In this document: piece after piece, positions 24,383 through 39,838 of the stretch
Numbering within the stretch: position 1 is the first letter of the stretch
Layout: each line of letters starts with the position of its first letter
DNA from: Eledone cirrhosa
Taxonomy: Eukaryota
Reading direction: 5' to 3'
Assembly (NCBI GenBank): GCA_964016885.1
Contig: OZ024743.1
Coordinates: 105,648,001-105,712,000, forward strand
Length of the DNA stretch: 64,000 bases
The notes under the pieces: generated by a model
The model's database searches: none
What the model saw: only the letters and a program-made list of their open reading frames with translations
Told to the model about the DNA's origin: nothing
Translations under genes and position numbers: made by a program

Positions 24383-26028
24383 CTAGCAGTGTATCCCGGC
24401 GTTGCACGGGTAAGAACATTGGTAATAAGATCCCAAATGAGAAAAGTTAATTTGTGAGTGCCTGTTAAAAACTCACGAAAATATACCCACAGGAAACTTG
24501 CTTATTTGGAGAAAATTATGAAGTTGAAAGTACAGTTTAGCTGTCTACGTGCCTTGTTCATAGAAATATTGTTGAGACCCTTCTATTTATACTTCTTCTG
24601 TTACAGTCGTCTCCCGGCGTTTCCACTGTGTTTTGGTCTATTGGAGTAAATGTGAAAGAGAAAGTCACAGGTTAAGGTGGCAGAAGGTTCCAGTGTCATA
24701 GCAGTAAGGCGTAGGCTACTAACCTCAAAAGTTCCTTCGCACAATTTCCACTAAGTTACTCTTTCTCTCTATCTCTCTCGGTGCAATCCCTTGCGAATTT
24801 CTCGTGTAGGCCTGGTGTATATTTGCACCCGAGCCATCTGCCCGATGCACATGTCCGCTCTGTACGGCTTTTGGAGGAAGGAGTGACCAGCAGTACGTTG
24901 TTCGGTATTATTACGTAAGGTGTAGCAGAGAATCCCGCGTGAACTAACAGCTCGGGAGGAAACTGCTAACCTCGAAGATTCATTCGCCATCGTTCTTGTC
25001 AACGCTCCGTTTAGTTGGTATTTGTTAGTCTACAGTTAGATGAATGGCGCACAAAGGGTTAATGTTTATTGGCAAGAAGTTTTTGATTAATAAAAGACGT
25101 GTTAATACGACCTATAATTTATCATTCTGCATTGATGTTAGCGGTTTTCGTTATTGTCAATGGGTCTTTTGGACGGCAAATTCGAGACCCTTCTGTTTCA
25201 CCCTCAATAAACTGACTACTATGAAGACCATTCCATGTTGGCCTGCAGATGGAGATGCAGAACGCAAAGGTGAAAGTTCAGTGGTAATGGGAGTCCTATG
25301 TAGCAGCAGTAACATTGACATTGCTTACAACGTTTTCTTCATCCTTAAGGGGAACTTCTGAAACTAAAAGAATCACTCTGTGAACGCAGAAGTAAATATT
25401 TCGATAAACGTTGCAGCCGAAGTAAAACAGGAAGGCGATACTTTGGTTCCTGAAGACGTTCCCTGGCAATGAACGGAAAATAGCGAAGATAATACGTCAG
25501 CAAGGAGAACCATGTTTGTCATAATGTCGTAATGCACACACCAGACATACAGACAGGTATTATAAAGGCGCGTGGATTGGCAGTATCAGTAGAGGGTCGG
25601 ACGCCATGCTTTCCATCATAGTTACGTCCCTTTACGATCTGAGTTCAAATCCCGCCGAGGTTGACTTTGCCTTTCATCCTTACGGGGTCGATAAAATAAA
25701 GTACCAGTAATGTACTGGGTGATTGCTGGCCTTGTGCCTAAAGTAGAAACAATTATAAAGGCGCGTCGTTATAGCTATGTATCTATCTAAAAAGACAGAC
25801 TAAGAAAGATAGAGAGACCATAACCGGCACCTAATATCCCTTTAACAACAGAAATTGAAGAATAAAAGCTGCAGTTAATATCTTTAGACCCAAGAAATAT
25901 ATAAATGCAAGTTTGAAGTCAATCGGAGTAGAAATGTGGATTTGTATAGATTTTGCAAAAACTAGGACACACACACACACACACACACACAGACACACAC
26001 ACACACAATTTCAGTTTTATATATAAAT
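24383..26028 (-). mobile_element. Non-autonomous Helitron-like element
   Basis: Minus-strand 3' end cccgtgcaacgccggg hairpin + CTAG/T. The 5' region reads tatataaaactgaaatt(GT)n...ccacatttctactccgattgacttcaaacttgca, typical of such elements. Confidence 0.7.
25574..25751 (+). mobile_element. tRNA-derived SINE, family 1, with a 15-bp target-site duplication
   Basis: attataaaggcgcgt at 25559-25573 and 25752-25766. Confidence 0.92.
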
Positions 26029-26147
26029 GTATATATATATATATACAATATGTGTATGGAATCTATATCTATGGAAGGCACGGTAGACACACAATAATTA
26101 AAAATATAAATTAAAATGTATATACGCACCTCCATAACTATATAACA

Positions 26148-26228
26148 CACGCGTACACATCCAAAGAGATCTGTTTCGCCAGTAAGTTGTTGACTGAAAT
26201 GGAATAGACTATGGTTCATCAGCGCGTG
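26148..26228 (-). ncRNA. Type I hammerhead ribozyme with extended stem III, in fold-back element 26050-26518
   Basis: Minus strand: cacgcg CTGATGA acca..tggc GAAAC agatctctttggatgt GTA cgcgtg. Arms 26186-26265 and 26437-26516 are inverted. Confidence 0.8.
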
Positions 26229-26516
26229 CTAGACTATACATTCCAGACAACTCTAAGAGAATCTAGATATTTCGCTCTTTATAACAGTCTTTCCTCTCAC
26301 TCTCTGTTTGGTGGAGCACACTTCTTTGAGTGGTTTTTGGGCTGCCCTTTCTAGCAGCTCGTCCCTCAGATACCACTGGTTCACTGTCCTAAACACGGTG
26401 TGACATCTCTCTGTCGCGTGTAGCTGGACGGTCGCTTTAGATTCTCTTAGAGTTGTCTGGAATGTATAGTCTAGCACGCGCTGATGAACCATAGGCTATT
26501 TCATTTCAGTCAACAA

Positions 26517-26556
<40 letters not shown>

Positions 26557-26575
26557 CATATATATATCATATATA

Positions 26576-26659
<84 letters not shown>

Positions 26660-26704
26660 TTATATATATATACACACATATATATATATATACACATATA
26701 TGTG

Positions 26705-27909
<1,205 letters not shown>

Positions 27910-28283
27910 ATATATATATATATATACATATATATACATATATTTATGTGTGTGCGTTTGTTTGTTGAACAATGAAAACAAAAGGTGAAGATTAGTTCTT
28001 AATGAGTTCATTTTTTTATGGTCGTATCATAAACTTGATAGATAATGATAAATCGATATAATGACAAATTAATAATAGTTATGTAACCCCATACTATTAG
28101 TCTCAATAATCTTCTGAGAAGGTCTGTGAAATGGATCTTGTGTATCGATACAAATAATGTGGGGTTACATAACTACTATCAATTAGTCACTATATCGGAT
28201 TATCATGATCAATGAACTTTCTGAAACGAACGTAACACAATGAACTGATTAAGCAATAATATTTGCTTTTGTTTTCATTATTC

Positions 28284-28355
<72 letters not shown>

Positions 28356-28819
28356 CACACACACATACACACTAACACACACTTACGTTCATATATTAAT
28401 ATATTTTCTCCTTTTACCACATATCTATTTTTATTCGTTTCTGTGACTGTCTTCTCTTTTTATAGTTCTCCTCTTCATATTTTCATGTTTATTTGTATAT
28501 TTATTTATTTGATTGTTTACTTATTTATTGAGTCCTTATAATATTTATGCTATCTGTCTATGTCATCTGTATCTCATCCTTTATTTCTTTTTCGTATCTT
28601 GATATCTTTATTGCCTATCTATGGGACCTTAACGCTCAGGTCATTTCCTTTGCTCATTTTACTGACATACTCTGTCTCCGTATCTCTAAATCATATTGAA
28701 TATCACTCTCTTTTTCCTCTCTCTATATATATCTATATATATATTTATACAAACTGAGAGGAACTACAACTTTATATATATATATATATATAAGTATATA
28801 TATATATGTATATATATAT

Positions 28820-30250
28820 GTATATATAAAATCAAGGTCTAGCAAATAGAGGAAAAGTTTTAAAATAATTTTTTTAAAACTCGCTGTACCTACTATATGT
28901 GCCTTTACCGCGGTTTCAAGTTCCAGAATGTCTTTGCACACGGCACCAGACAGAATTATTTCTTTCATCCTACACTCTATATCTGGGAATGGTTTTGTAT
29001 GGCGTCAATTTGGATTTGAACTCGGGAATTTTATATTCTCCGAGTGAGAAGAGCCTTCTGAAGATAGTTTCTTTCTCAATAAAAGTCCGCTGGATTATCC
29101 GTTTATTCTGGAACTTGTAACCTCGGTAAATGCAATTATAGGAAGTACAGCGAATTTTTTAAAATTTATTTAAAAACTTTTTCTCTATTTGCTAGACCTT
29201 CATTTTATATGTTCTAGCTTGTTAATTTAGTAACCCGCCATAGAACCACATTGGCATACGGTTGAATAGTTCTTGTATCCCTATATGTGTTTTTTACACG
29301 TAGGTATTCATACTTTATTATTATTAATCTCCCCTAAGGTAGAGATAAAACTTGGCCGTTTGGACTGCTGCTATTTCTAGTGGCAGCATATTGACCTGTC
29401 CACCCTGCCTTTTGTCTTTGCACACGGCACCAGACATAATTATTTCTTTTATCATTCACGCCCATCTGGGAATGGGCGTGAATGGCGTCAGTTTGTGATT
29501 TGAACTCGGGAATTTTATATTCTCCTGAAGATGGTTCCCTTCTCAATGAAAGTCGGCTTGGATTATCCGTTTATTCTGGAACTTGAAACCGCGGTAAAGG
29601 CACATATAGTAAGTACAGCGAATTTTTTAAAATTTATTTTAAAACTTTTTCTCTATTTGCTAGACCTTGATTTTATATGTTCTGGCTTGTTAATTGATTA
29701 ACCCGCCATAGAACCAGATTGGCATACGGTTGGATAATACTTGTATCCCTATATGTATTTCCACACGTAGGAATTCATACTTTATTATTATTAATCTCCC
29801 TAAGGTAGAGATAAAACTTGGGCGTTTGGACTGCTGCTATTTCTGGTGGCAGCATATTCACCTGTCCACCCTGCCTTTTGTCTTTGCACACGGCACCAGA
29901 CAGAATTATTTCTTTTATCATTCACTCTCATCTGGGAATGGTTTTGTATGGCGTCAGTTTGTTATTTGAACTCGAGAATTTTATATTCTCCTGAAGATGG
30001 TTCCCTTCTCAATGAAAGTAGGTTTGGATTATCCGTTTATTCTGGAACTTGAAACCGCGGTAAAGGCACATATAGTAAGTAGAGCAAATTTTTAAAAATT
30101 TATTTTAAAACTTTTTCTCTATTTGCTAGACCTTGATTTTATATGTTCTGGCTTGTTAATTGATTAACCCGCCATAGAACCAGATTGGCATACGGTTGGA
30201 TAATATTTGCATCCCTATATGTATTTCTACACGTAGGAAATCATACATAA
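28820..30250 (+). mobile_element. Inverted stub plus about 3 tandem 467-bp units each with an HHR core (non-LTR retrozyme-like)
   Basis: CTGAAGA at 29058, 29525 and 29991; ggaactt GAAAC cgcg GTA aaggc at 29585 and 30051. 28825-28929 is an inverted copy. Both ends lie in (TA)n. Confidence 0.88.
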
Positions 30251-30251
30251 T

Positions 30252-30334
<83 letters not shown>

Positions 30335-30337
<3 letters not shown>

Positions 30338-30946
30338 AAGTTATAGTTCCTGTCTGTTTGTTTGTTCACGAACTCCTCCTATGGTTTTAGCCATAACCAT
30401 ATATATTCTGAAACTACATTGCCCAGGGTAATTGGATAAGTATATTTCATTTTAATCAAAGGGTTCCCCGCAGAAAACCCCGCTGAAATTGTTTTCCATT
30501 CGATCTATATGAAATTTAAAATAAATGTCTATTCACAAAATGCCATCAACTTTTAATAATTTTAAGACACCCTAATAGGGGTTAAACCCCCTATAGTGAA
30601 CATTTTGGAAGCCCATAAGTTGAGTATTGGAACTTTGAATTTCTAATTTGAAAATAATGCTTTACACAAAAAGGAAATGATCAAGTTTTGAATTGATATT
30701 TTGAAAAAAATTATTTACAAGAAACATAATAAGAATAAGGTTTAATAATGTAATTTTGATATGAAATATTACAAAAAATTATGTTTTCCAATTTTTCATG
30801 CATTACATTTCACATTGAGAAGTATTGAAATGCAGAGTTGTTTCTCCATAAATTATATATCACTGATTTAAAATTAATCATCATTTTCTTACAAAAAAAG
30901 CATGTGTGAAACGCGGTAATGTGCGAAGCGCTGGTAATTCGGCTAA
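30335..30946 (+). mobile_element. Non-autonomous Helitron-like element
   Basis: 5' tataaagttatagttcctgtctgtttgtttgttcacgaactcctcct; 3' gcgaagcgctggtaattcggCTAA/T. Confidence 0.6.
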
Positions 30947-30986
<40 letters not shown>

Positions 30987-31623
30987 TATATATATATGTG
31001 TGTGTGTGTCTGTGTGCGTGTGTGCGCGCGTGTGTGCATGTGTGTTTATGTGTGTGTGTGTTTAATTTCAGTCTCCTGAAATTGTACACTCTTGTATTTG
31101 TCTATCACTTAGCCATGCTTCAAGAACAAAGCCAATGACTGACAAATGTATTCGGAATTTTACTGAAAGCTATGCAATGTATATACTTGAAACAACAATT
31201 TCTTCGTTGATTGAATAAGTCCACCACACCAGCACACATCTCCCCGTCCCTATAGCACTTCATGTAAATCGACCGATGGGTGCATGTCAAATGAGTAGCA
31301 TGCCTCATGTAACACTTTTTTTCTATTTTGTCTCTTAATATTATGCCAATGTCTTATCTTTTTAAATGTTTTTTTTCTAAAAACAAGTTTATGGTGCTTA
31401 TATTTGAAATGAAAGTAGGCTTAAGGGGAATAGAACTGGGTTTTTTTTTCTTTGAGCAATATACAGATGAATAGATTGGACGGTTTTGTGTTAAGCAGGT
31501 ATAGTTACAGAGTATGTTAACTAAAGAAATGAAATGAATATCAGGATATTAATAAAGTATAAAGAACTCTATGAAATGAAACTTCAGAAAAAAGGGGCTT
31601 ACTCTGAAGATTAATCACACACA

Positions 31624-31725
<102 letters not shown>

Positions 31726-31760
31726 TATATGTATGTATATATAGATATAGATATAGATAT

Positions 31761-31791
<31 letters not shown>

Positions 31792-31845
31792 CACACCCAT
31801 ACACACACATATATACACACACCCATACACACATATATATATCAA

Positions 31846-31899
<54 letters not shown>

Positions 31900-31919
31900 G
31901 TTATCTATATACATATATA

Positions 31920-32449
31920 TAAAAATAACAGATTAAAGTTTAAGCAAAGAATCGCTGCTTTCACCCTTAACGGGAACTTCTGAAACTAAAAAAAATCAAT
32001 CTGTGAACACAGAAGTAACTATTTCGAAAAACGTTGCAACCGAAAGAAAACAGAATCATTCGGTTTCCTACATAGAATATTAGTCTACGACTTCATTTAT
32101 ACCATAAACGTGGTTTTGTCTTTGCGTGTAATTGTTCTCAAACGCTCCACATAATGACGTATTATCTACGATTTTTTTTCCGTTCATTGCCAGGGAACAT
32201 ATCAACGAACAAAAGTATCGTCTTCCTGTTTTCCTTCGGTTTTAATGTTTTTCGAAATATTTACTTCTGCGTTCCCAGATTAATTTTTTTAGTTTCAGCA
32301 GATCCCGTTAAGGGTGAAAGCAGCGATTCTTTGCTTAAACTTTAATCTGTTATTTTAATAAATATTTGCTCTAGGGTTCTTATATATTTGATATATATTT
32401 ATCGTTATCGAGCCCTCTTTGGATTTTAGTTTTTCAAATTTATTATTAT

Positions 32450-32455
<6 letters not shown>
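31920..32455. mobile_element. Fold-back copy of the dispersed TA-flanked family
   Basis: 31920-32053 is the reverse complement of 32225-32357. Confidence 0.8.
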
Positions 32456-32509
<54 letters not shown>

Positions 32510-32707
32510 ATGTGTGTGTATATATATATTGATATAGATATAGAATTTGGAAGGTGGAGGTAAGCAGGCAGAGAAAAGAAGTGAGTGAATGTGAGAGATT
32601 GAGAAAGAAGATGATAAACTTGGGAGATAATGTCAGAAGATGAAAAGTGTGCGAAATCGAACGAGGTTTGTCAGGGAATGTGGAGAAATATGATATTGAA
32701 ACATGGT

Positions 32708-32777
<70 letters not shown>

Positions 32778-32786
32778 GACACACAC

Positions 32787-32822
<36 letters not shown>

Positions 32823-32883
32823 CGCACCTAAATATATAAATATATATATAAATATATATATACATACATACCCACATACATGC

Positions 32884-32934
<51 letters not shown>

Positions 32935-33032
32935 CATGTATGCGGGTATGTATGTATATATATATATATATGCATGTATGCGGGTATGTATGTATATATA
33001 TATATATATATATATGCATGTATGCGGGTATG

Positions 33033-33080
<48 letters not shown>

Positions 33081-33452
33081 GGTATGTATTTAGGTGCGTT
33101 TCTGTGACTGAAGATGAAATATGCTGAAAATATATACATGTTAAAAAAAGGGAAACCTATATAGTGTTAAAAAGCGTAAAATCACAGAATGAAGTGAGTA
33201 TGAAAATTAAAAGTAAACGTAAATACCGAGAGAAGAAGATATTGAAAAATATAGAGAGGTGGGGTGAAGCAGAGATGTGAAGAATGTATTTGAGGGAAGT
33301 ACAGGACAGTTAAATATTAGTGGGATGGAGGTTAAAACAGAAAGAGAAATACAGCTAGGGAAAGAATAAAATTATGTATGTTTGGGAAAGAAAAAATTGA
33401 GTTATAAATATATATCTTTGTGTGTGTGTGTGTGTGTGTAAATATATAAATG

Positions 33453-33496
<44 letters not shown>

Positions 33497-33585
33497 CATA
33501 GATATATTTACATATTTACATATATATATATATATATATATATTTACATATATATATATTTACATATATATATATTTACACACAC

Positions 33586-33672
<87 letters not shown>

Positions 33673-35234
33673 GAAGCATGGAAATGGTGTAACGCAAGGC
33701 AGAAAGTTTGAGAAACGGAACGGTTTCGTGATAGACAGCTGCATGTTAAGAAGTATTATCCCCAGGCTGATGTTTTTTCCATTTCATTTTTGGTTTAGCT
33801 TGTTCTTATATTTTCATGTGTTATATTTATTTTCATTTCATATTCATTTTCAGATGAATGACTATTTAGATTCTAAAAGTATATGATATATGCATTTGCA
33901 CTTGCTACAAGCTGTTAAATAAACGATGTGTTCAACGATAGCGGGTCAAATATATCTAGTTTCTGAAGTGATGAAGCTATGGCAATGGCAAAAGACAACA
34001 CGCAAGTGCATACAAGCAGAAAAAATTATAGGCTGCAAGCCAGGGCTCGTCAAGCAAATATAAAACAGAATTGAGTTGCAACAAAAGTAGTTAAATGGAT
34101 ATTAGCAAATGATAAAAGGAAGTATAAACATACAATAATAAATTAACTAAACGGTTTTATCTGCCAATATTTAGCTTTCTATTTCTCATCTCGTCTGATA
34201 ATTAATGATAGAAACTCTATAAATGCTTGACTCGGTACTTATTGCTGGAGTTGGAGGGTTGCCGTGTTGACATAGAGAATTCCCTGGGCATTCTAAACAT
34301 GACAGAGCCCATCCCTCATCACATTGGGACACCGTCTATTTCTCCCACGGAAGGAGAAATAGAAATATTGAAAAAGAACTTGAAAAGGAAATATAGAGGA
34401 AAATTGATTCCAATACTGTAATGGTGCTTCGTCTTTATCGACTGCGAAAGGTGGAAAAGTAAATTGCTCTCGGTGGAGTTTGAACTCAGAGCACAGAGAT
34501 CCGGAATGACAACTGAAACGCTTTAATCTGAAGTTCTAACGACACAGACATACAGTAGCTGAGAGGAAAGCTTATCTCAATGTGAAATTGCAAGATTTAG
34601 TTTTGGTATTATTAGTTTTTCATTGATCCATATTTGGAGATATTTTGCAGACCATTGCTATAGTTTACTCTGTCCAAAGCCCGCTGTATCATCGGGCCTG
34701 AGTTCATCCATAATTAATTGGCGTTAACCGACTGAGATTACCAGACTACCCACATGACAGAGCACTCCATCGCAAGGCTAACATCCAATTGTAGCTAGTA
34801 CTCATGTCCCTACGCTAACAGAGTAGAACATCCTATCTGTTATATTGTGTCGTATGTTATAGTCGAACAGAAAGTGCAATCCCTCAAATAGGTCAAGTAT
34901 CCATTTTACTCAACTTTGTACCTCAACCAACCAAACTAACAAGTGGTCAAGCTGATTCGATCAACGCAACACAGCCGGTAGTGGAATTAACTTACAAGTG
35001 TGCGAGCATTTCATATATTCTTAACGTTGTGTGTGATAATGCTAGCGCTTGAATTAAAGATACAAATGGACTGAAGCAACGAGAAATGAAGTTTCATCTC
35101 GGCAATCAAGCACATGGCACTGAGCCAAACACCCAGAGCACCACGCAACGCGTCTAACCAATACGACAAGTATAGGATTTGAATTGGTTAATTTACCACG
35201 TTTCATACATGTTTTTAGTTAATATTAATTTTTA

Positions 35235-35440
35235 TTTCAAGTACAAGACCAGTAAAATCTGGGAAAGAGCAAAGCTGATGAAATCAAACCCAATATTTGA
35301 CTGGTACTATATTTTATCGAGTCCAAAAGGATGAAAGGCAAATTTGAACTCAGAGAGATAAGATCTTAGAACAGGAGGAGCTAGGTTTATTACCACAATG
35401 GCATTTTATCCGAAGACCTACCGATTCTGCAAATCCAACA
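35235..35440 (-). mobile_element. Degenerate family-1 SINE (others at 34425-34550, 40075-40255, 50553-50735)
   Basis: actggtacta..ttttatcga..ggatgaaaggcaaa..tttgaactcag. Confidence 0.7.
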
Positions 35441-35527
35441 AATTATTTGGTATCTCATTTAGACACAAGCCAGTAAATTGGTGGAGGGGAAATACGATTA
35501 TATTGACCGTTGAATATAGATCATGGA

Positions 35528-35528
35528 T

Positions 35529-35582
<54 letters not shown>

Positions 35583-35642
35583 TTCGTTATCCTCATTATC
35601 ATCGCCACATGCATCACTATCATCATCAACATCATCATTGCC
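35528..35642. repeat. (CAT)n microsatellite
   Basis: Direct reading. Confidence 0.97.
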
Positions 35643-35966
35643 ATAACGTTGTCGTTATCGTCTTCATTTTCTTTATAAACAAAGTGAAGCCATACTGTTA
35701 TCCCTAGGATAAACTGCCATTTAATGCTTCCCACACATAGAAACCAACAATAAAATATTATCCTCGATTATCTTAGCATTCACAACATTACGTAGTTTGT
35801 AGCATACAATATCCTTACAATTTATTTCCACTAGAAATATATTTGCTAAATGTCATTTATACATTTAATCATATACACCGATATACACACATATATATAT
35901 ACACAGTACACAGTTATCTATAATATATATAGCCAAACAAAATACTCCGCCTACACGTGGTATGCG

Positions 35967-36041
<75 letters not shown>

Positions 36042-36047
36042 ATATAT

Positions 36048-36116
<69 letters not shown>

Positions 36117-36156
36117 GATATATATATAAATGTGTGTGTGTGTATGTGTGTGAGTA

Positions 36157-36193
<37 letters not shown>

Positions 36194-36825
36194 ATATATA
36201 TAATAAAAAATGACAAACACAGTGATGGTAAGTGTGCAAGTTTTTCCGTGTAGACGCATGGATGAGGGAGGCTACTGGATGCGGGGGTATGAGCAGATTA
36301 GAGGATAAGGGGTGGTTTATTAAGGCAATAGATGGTAGACGTATTTGTTCTCTCTGGCGGCGTGTAAATGGGGCTTAGGTCCAGAGAGCGAGCCCGAACA
36401 CAATAAGTTGACGAGTGGAATGACCGTTAGTGAAGAGATGTTAAGCCACGGAAGACTGGTTGTCGACCCGGATATCTGACAGGTGTTCAGCGAATCCGTC
36501 GGCCTGCCATACTAATGCATCTGGCCTTGCAGAGCGTGCACTGGAGAGCATAAATGAGGATTTTGGAATTGCCACCGAACGAGTTCCTAATATGAAAGTC
36601 ATCGCTGTTATGTCCGATGACCGTGGGGTGTTGGTTGATGATGCCATCTGTGTGGTAGCGGAGTTGGGTTTAGGGATGCCATCCAGGAGAGGATTTGGAA
36701 GGAGAGAGGGAACAGCGGATGAGATGGTTCGTTTGAAAAAGACGTGGTGTGCGGGAGGTGAGGTTATCGGACGGGATGTGTCGGAAGAGGAGGAGAATTT
36801 TCTTTAGGAGGGAAAAATGCTTGCG

Positions 36826-37420
36826 TACCATCTGCAACTCAAAGCTAACCGATCATATCAGAAACTAAGGTTCTGACTAAATGCAACATGTCAGGCTTCG
36901 AGACTATCCTCATGAAAGTTCAGCTAGGCAGATAATCTTTCTCGTATGAGCGATAGCAGACTTCTTAAGCTGCCTTTTAGGGGTCAGTTTCCGACAGCCA
37001 GGCGAGTTGGAAGACCACTTATGCATTTCAAAGCCAAAATCTGAAACGATGCAACATCCCCTTCTCTTCGTGGGAGAAGAAAGCATCAGAACACAAGAGC
37101 TGGCGGCAATGCTGCTTCCCGTCTATTCAACGGTATGAGCGGGGCCGACATGAATATTGTGCTCAACTACATGCTAACCTCAAAGCGTGCTGACTGCAGG
37201 CTGCTCCTCAAAATATCAGCCTTACTTGCCAACGGGGTTTTATTACTCGGAGTAAAGCGGGCCTTACAGTCCACTCAAGAAAGCATGTGGTGGGTGATCC
37301 ATAGACGCTCGGGAAGAATGGATCTGTTACATGCCCCATCTGTCAAAAGGTTTACAGGACAGCTGCAGACATCAACAGACTTATGTACGGTCATGGAATC
37401 TAGACGCACTAAAATGTTTT
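36826..37420 (+). mobile_element. RTE-clade LINE 3' fragment (post-RT region plus decayed C2H2-like fingers)
   Basis: Frameshifted translation VLTKCNMSGFETILMKVQL..SRMSDSRLLK..GRP..NLKRCNI..WEKKASEHKSWRQ; CQRGF..AGLTVHSRKH; CPICQKVYR. Confidence 0.8.
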
Positions 37421-37649
37421 CTGTTCTTTTTAATAAAAGGAATGAGAAAGGGGAAGAAATGAGAAAAACAAAGAAGAAAAAGAAACAAAATCCTTGCTGA
37501 AACCTCATTTGTCGTTCGCGATGAGAAAATCCATTATATATATATACATATATATTCACTCATTTTTATTAAGGCTAAAATCATACTCTGAGGTTTCGGC
37601 TGTTTATGACAGAATTGAGTATTTCTTTCTCTCAGTCTTCAAACACACA

Positions 37650-37694
<45 letters not shown>

Positions 37695-38783
37695 TATAAT
37701 ATATATTCTTCTTCTTCTTCTTCTTCTTCTTCTTCTTCTTCTTCTTCTTCTTCTCAGACTCCCCCCACACACAATGATGCTATGGAACTAACACACTGCA
37801 CACTCCTCAAACCCATTCAAACATTTGTAATGGAAAATTTCCGAATAAATTGATGTAAAACCCCATTATGCTTACTTCTTCTTCACTATATCAAATGTAT
37901 TATAGATATATAGATATCTGCATGTTCCAACATAGCTTATAACAACGACAAATGAAACAGAGTACGAATAAAATGATTAACGAATACAACATCGTTAGAA
38001 AGTAGAACAATAGCATAACGACAACACAAACGTACAAGAAAATACTAAAATGTGTTGTAACACACGGAGAAACGAGTAAGAACACCAAAAAATACAATGA
38101 ATGTGAATAAAGGAATAAGAGACAAATGATACTACACCCTCGGGTCAAAACCGCTTACTATATAAACATTGACTATTTCTTTGCATCGTTCTACCCTAGT
38201 GTCTGTCAAAGCTCCTCTTTATTCCACCTCCCAAATATACATAAACATCCTACAGTTTATTAGCTGCTCGATTGTTATGCTGTTATCTATATGTACATTT
38301 ATATATTAGTGTGTTGCACTGTTTCGTTTGAGGGCTATGATAAGAGGGCTAATATATGTTTATGAGCAGACTGGTTAATGTTATCTTTTTGCCAGCATTT
38401 TTTTTCATGTTTCCATGCAACTGCATTTTCTTGTTATTTTTTGAGAAAATGGATTTTGGTTTTGTGTGACAGGCCCTGCATGATGAGAATAGATTACTAG
38501 CAGCTTCAGTGAGCGAGAATAATAGGAATCCTAGGGCAAATAACAAACAAATAATATATGAAGTAGGCATATGGGTCTAAGCTAGCGTGTTTGTGTTTGT
38601 GCATATTTGCAATCTTCTCTCTATTTGGGTGGTTTAGAGTCGAATAAAAAAAAAGACAATAATGGATTTTAAAAGTAAAAACAATGACAATAGTGGAGTA
38701 TTAGATGTGTGCTCCATATTCTTCATCTAGGGTGGCAAATAAGAATTAACAACCTTCGTTGTTCATCGTGTATCACTCTAGTT

Positions 38784-38852
<69 letters not shown>

Positions 38853-39766
38853 TATATATATATATAAATAAATATATATATATATATATAGATATATATA
38901 TAAAGTACTCATCGAGAAAAAGGAATACAGAAAATTCAAAATAAAAATGATAGTAGAGCACAGTTCTCTTTGTAATATAACATATACACATTTGTGTTAA
39001 CATGGGCGAAAGAAAACATCTCAAGTATGCCACGAGCAGAGCTCTCTCTTCCTTGCTAACAACGATGAGAATTACTATGAAGCATGTAAATTATATTTGA
39101 AGAATAGTAATTAACCTTTAAATTTATCTCCCCTTTTCTTGGAGGCTGGCTATTTATCGCGGCTACTCTTAATGGCTTTCTATACCCACTTCAAATCAAA
39201 CAAGCAATACAAGAAGATTTATTTTTGCATTCTGTATTCTGTATATAAGTAAATCCCTTAAATTGTATATAAGTAAACCCGTATTTAGTATTCCTCAGGA
39301 TGAGAAAGATGAAGTGAAAATGTATGTAGGCGAATAAAATGAAATATATTTAGAGACAATAGTTGGACAATTGAAAAAACATTAACAAACATACGTGCAA
39401 ACATTATCACCGGCGATCAATAATGCAAAACTGTGGTTGCTATGTTTCAGCTTGAATTGTGTCAGTCATATTATTATAGAATTGTTAAATATACAAAGAG
39501 TCCAATGGAATGACATACTATGAAGGCACACACATAGCAACCATTTCAGACATAGAAACATATAGGCATCCACAGCTCTACCCACATGGAAACACGCATG
39601 CGTATAGACATATGTATAGGGATAGACAACTGTATCCACATATAAACGCTCACATTAACCTTTTCCATTATAGAAACACGCATGCGTATACATAAATGTT
39701 TACACACACACACACACACACATACACACACATACACACACACGCACACATGCACACACACACACG

Positions 39767-39838
<72 letters not shown>

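Noticed and set aside
27995-28250. Imperfect inverted repeat ending in GAAAC-gaac-GTA, and a similar remnant at about 60975-61005
   Set aside because: Possibly old HHRs, but the CTGANGA strand and stem I are too decayed to support a call.
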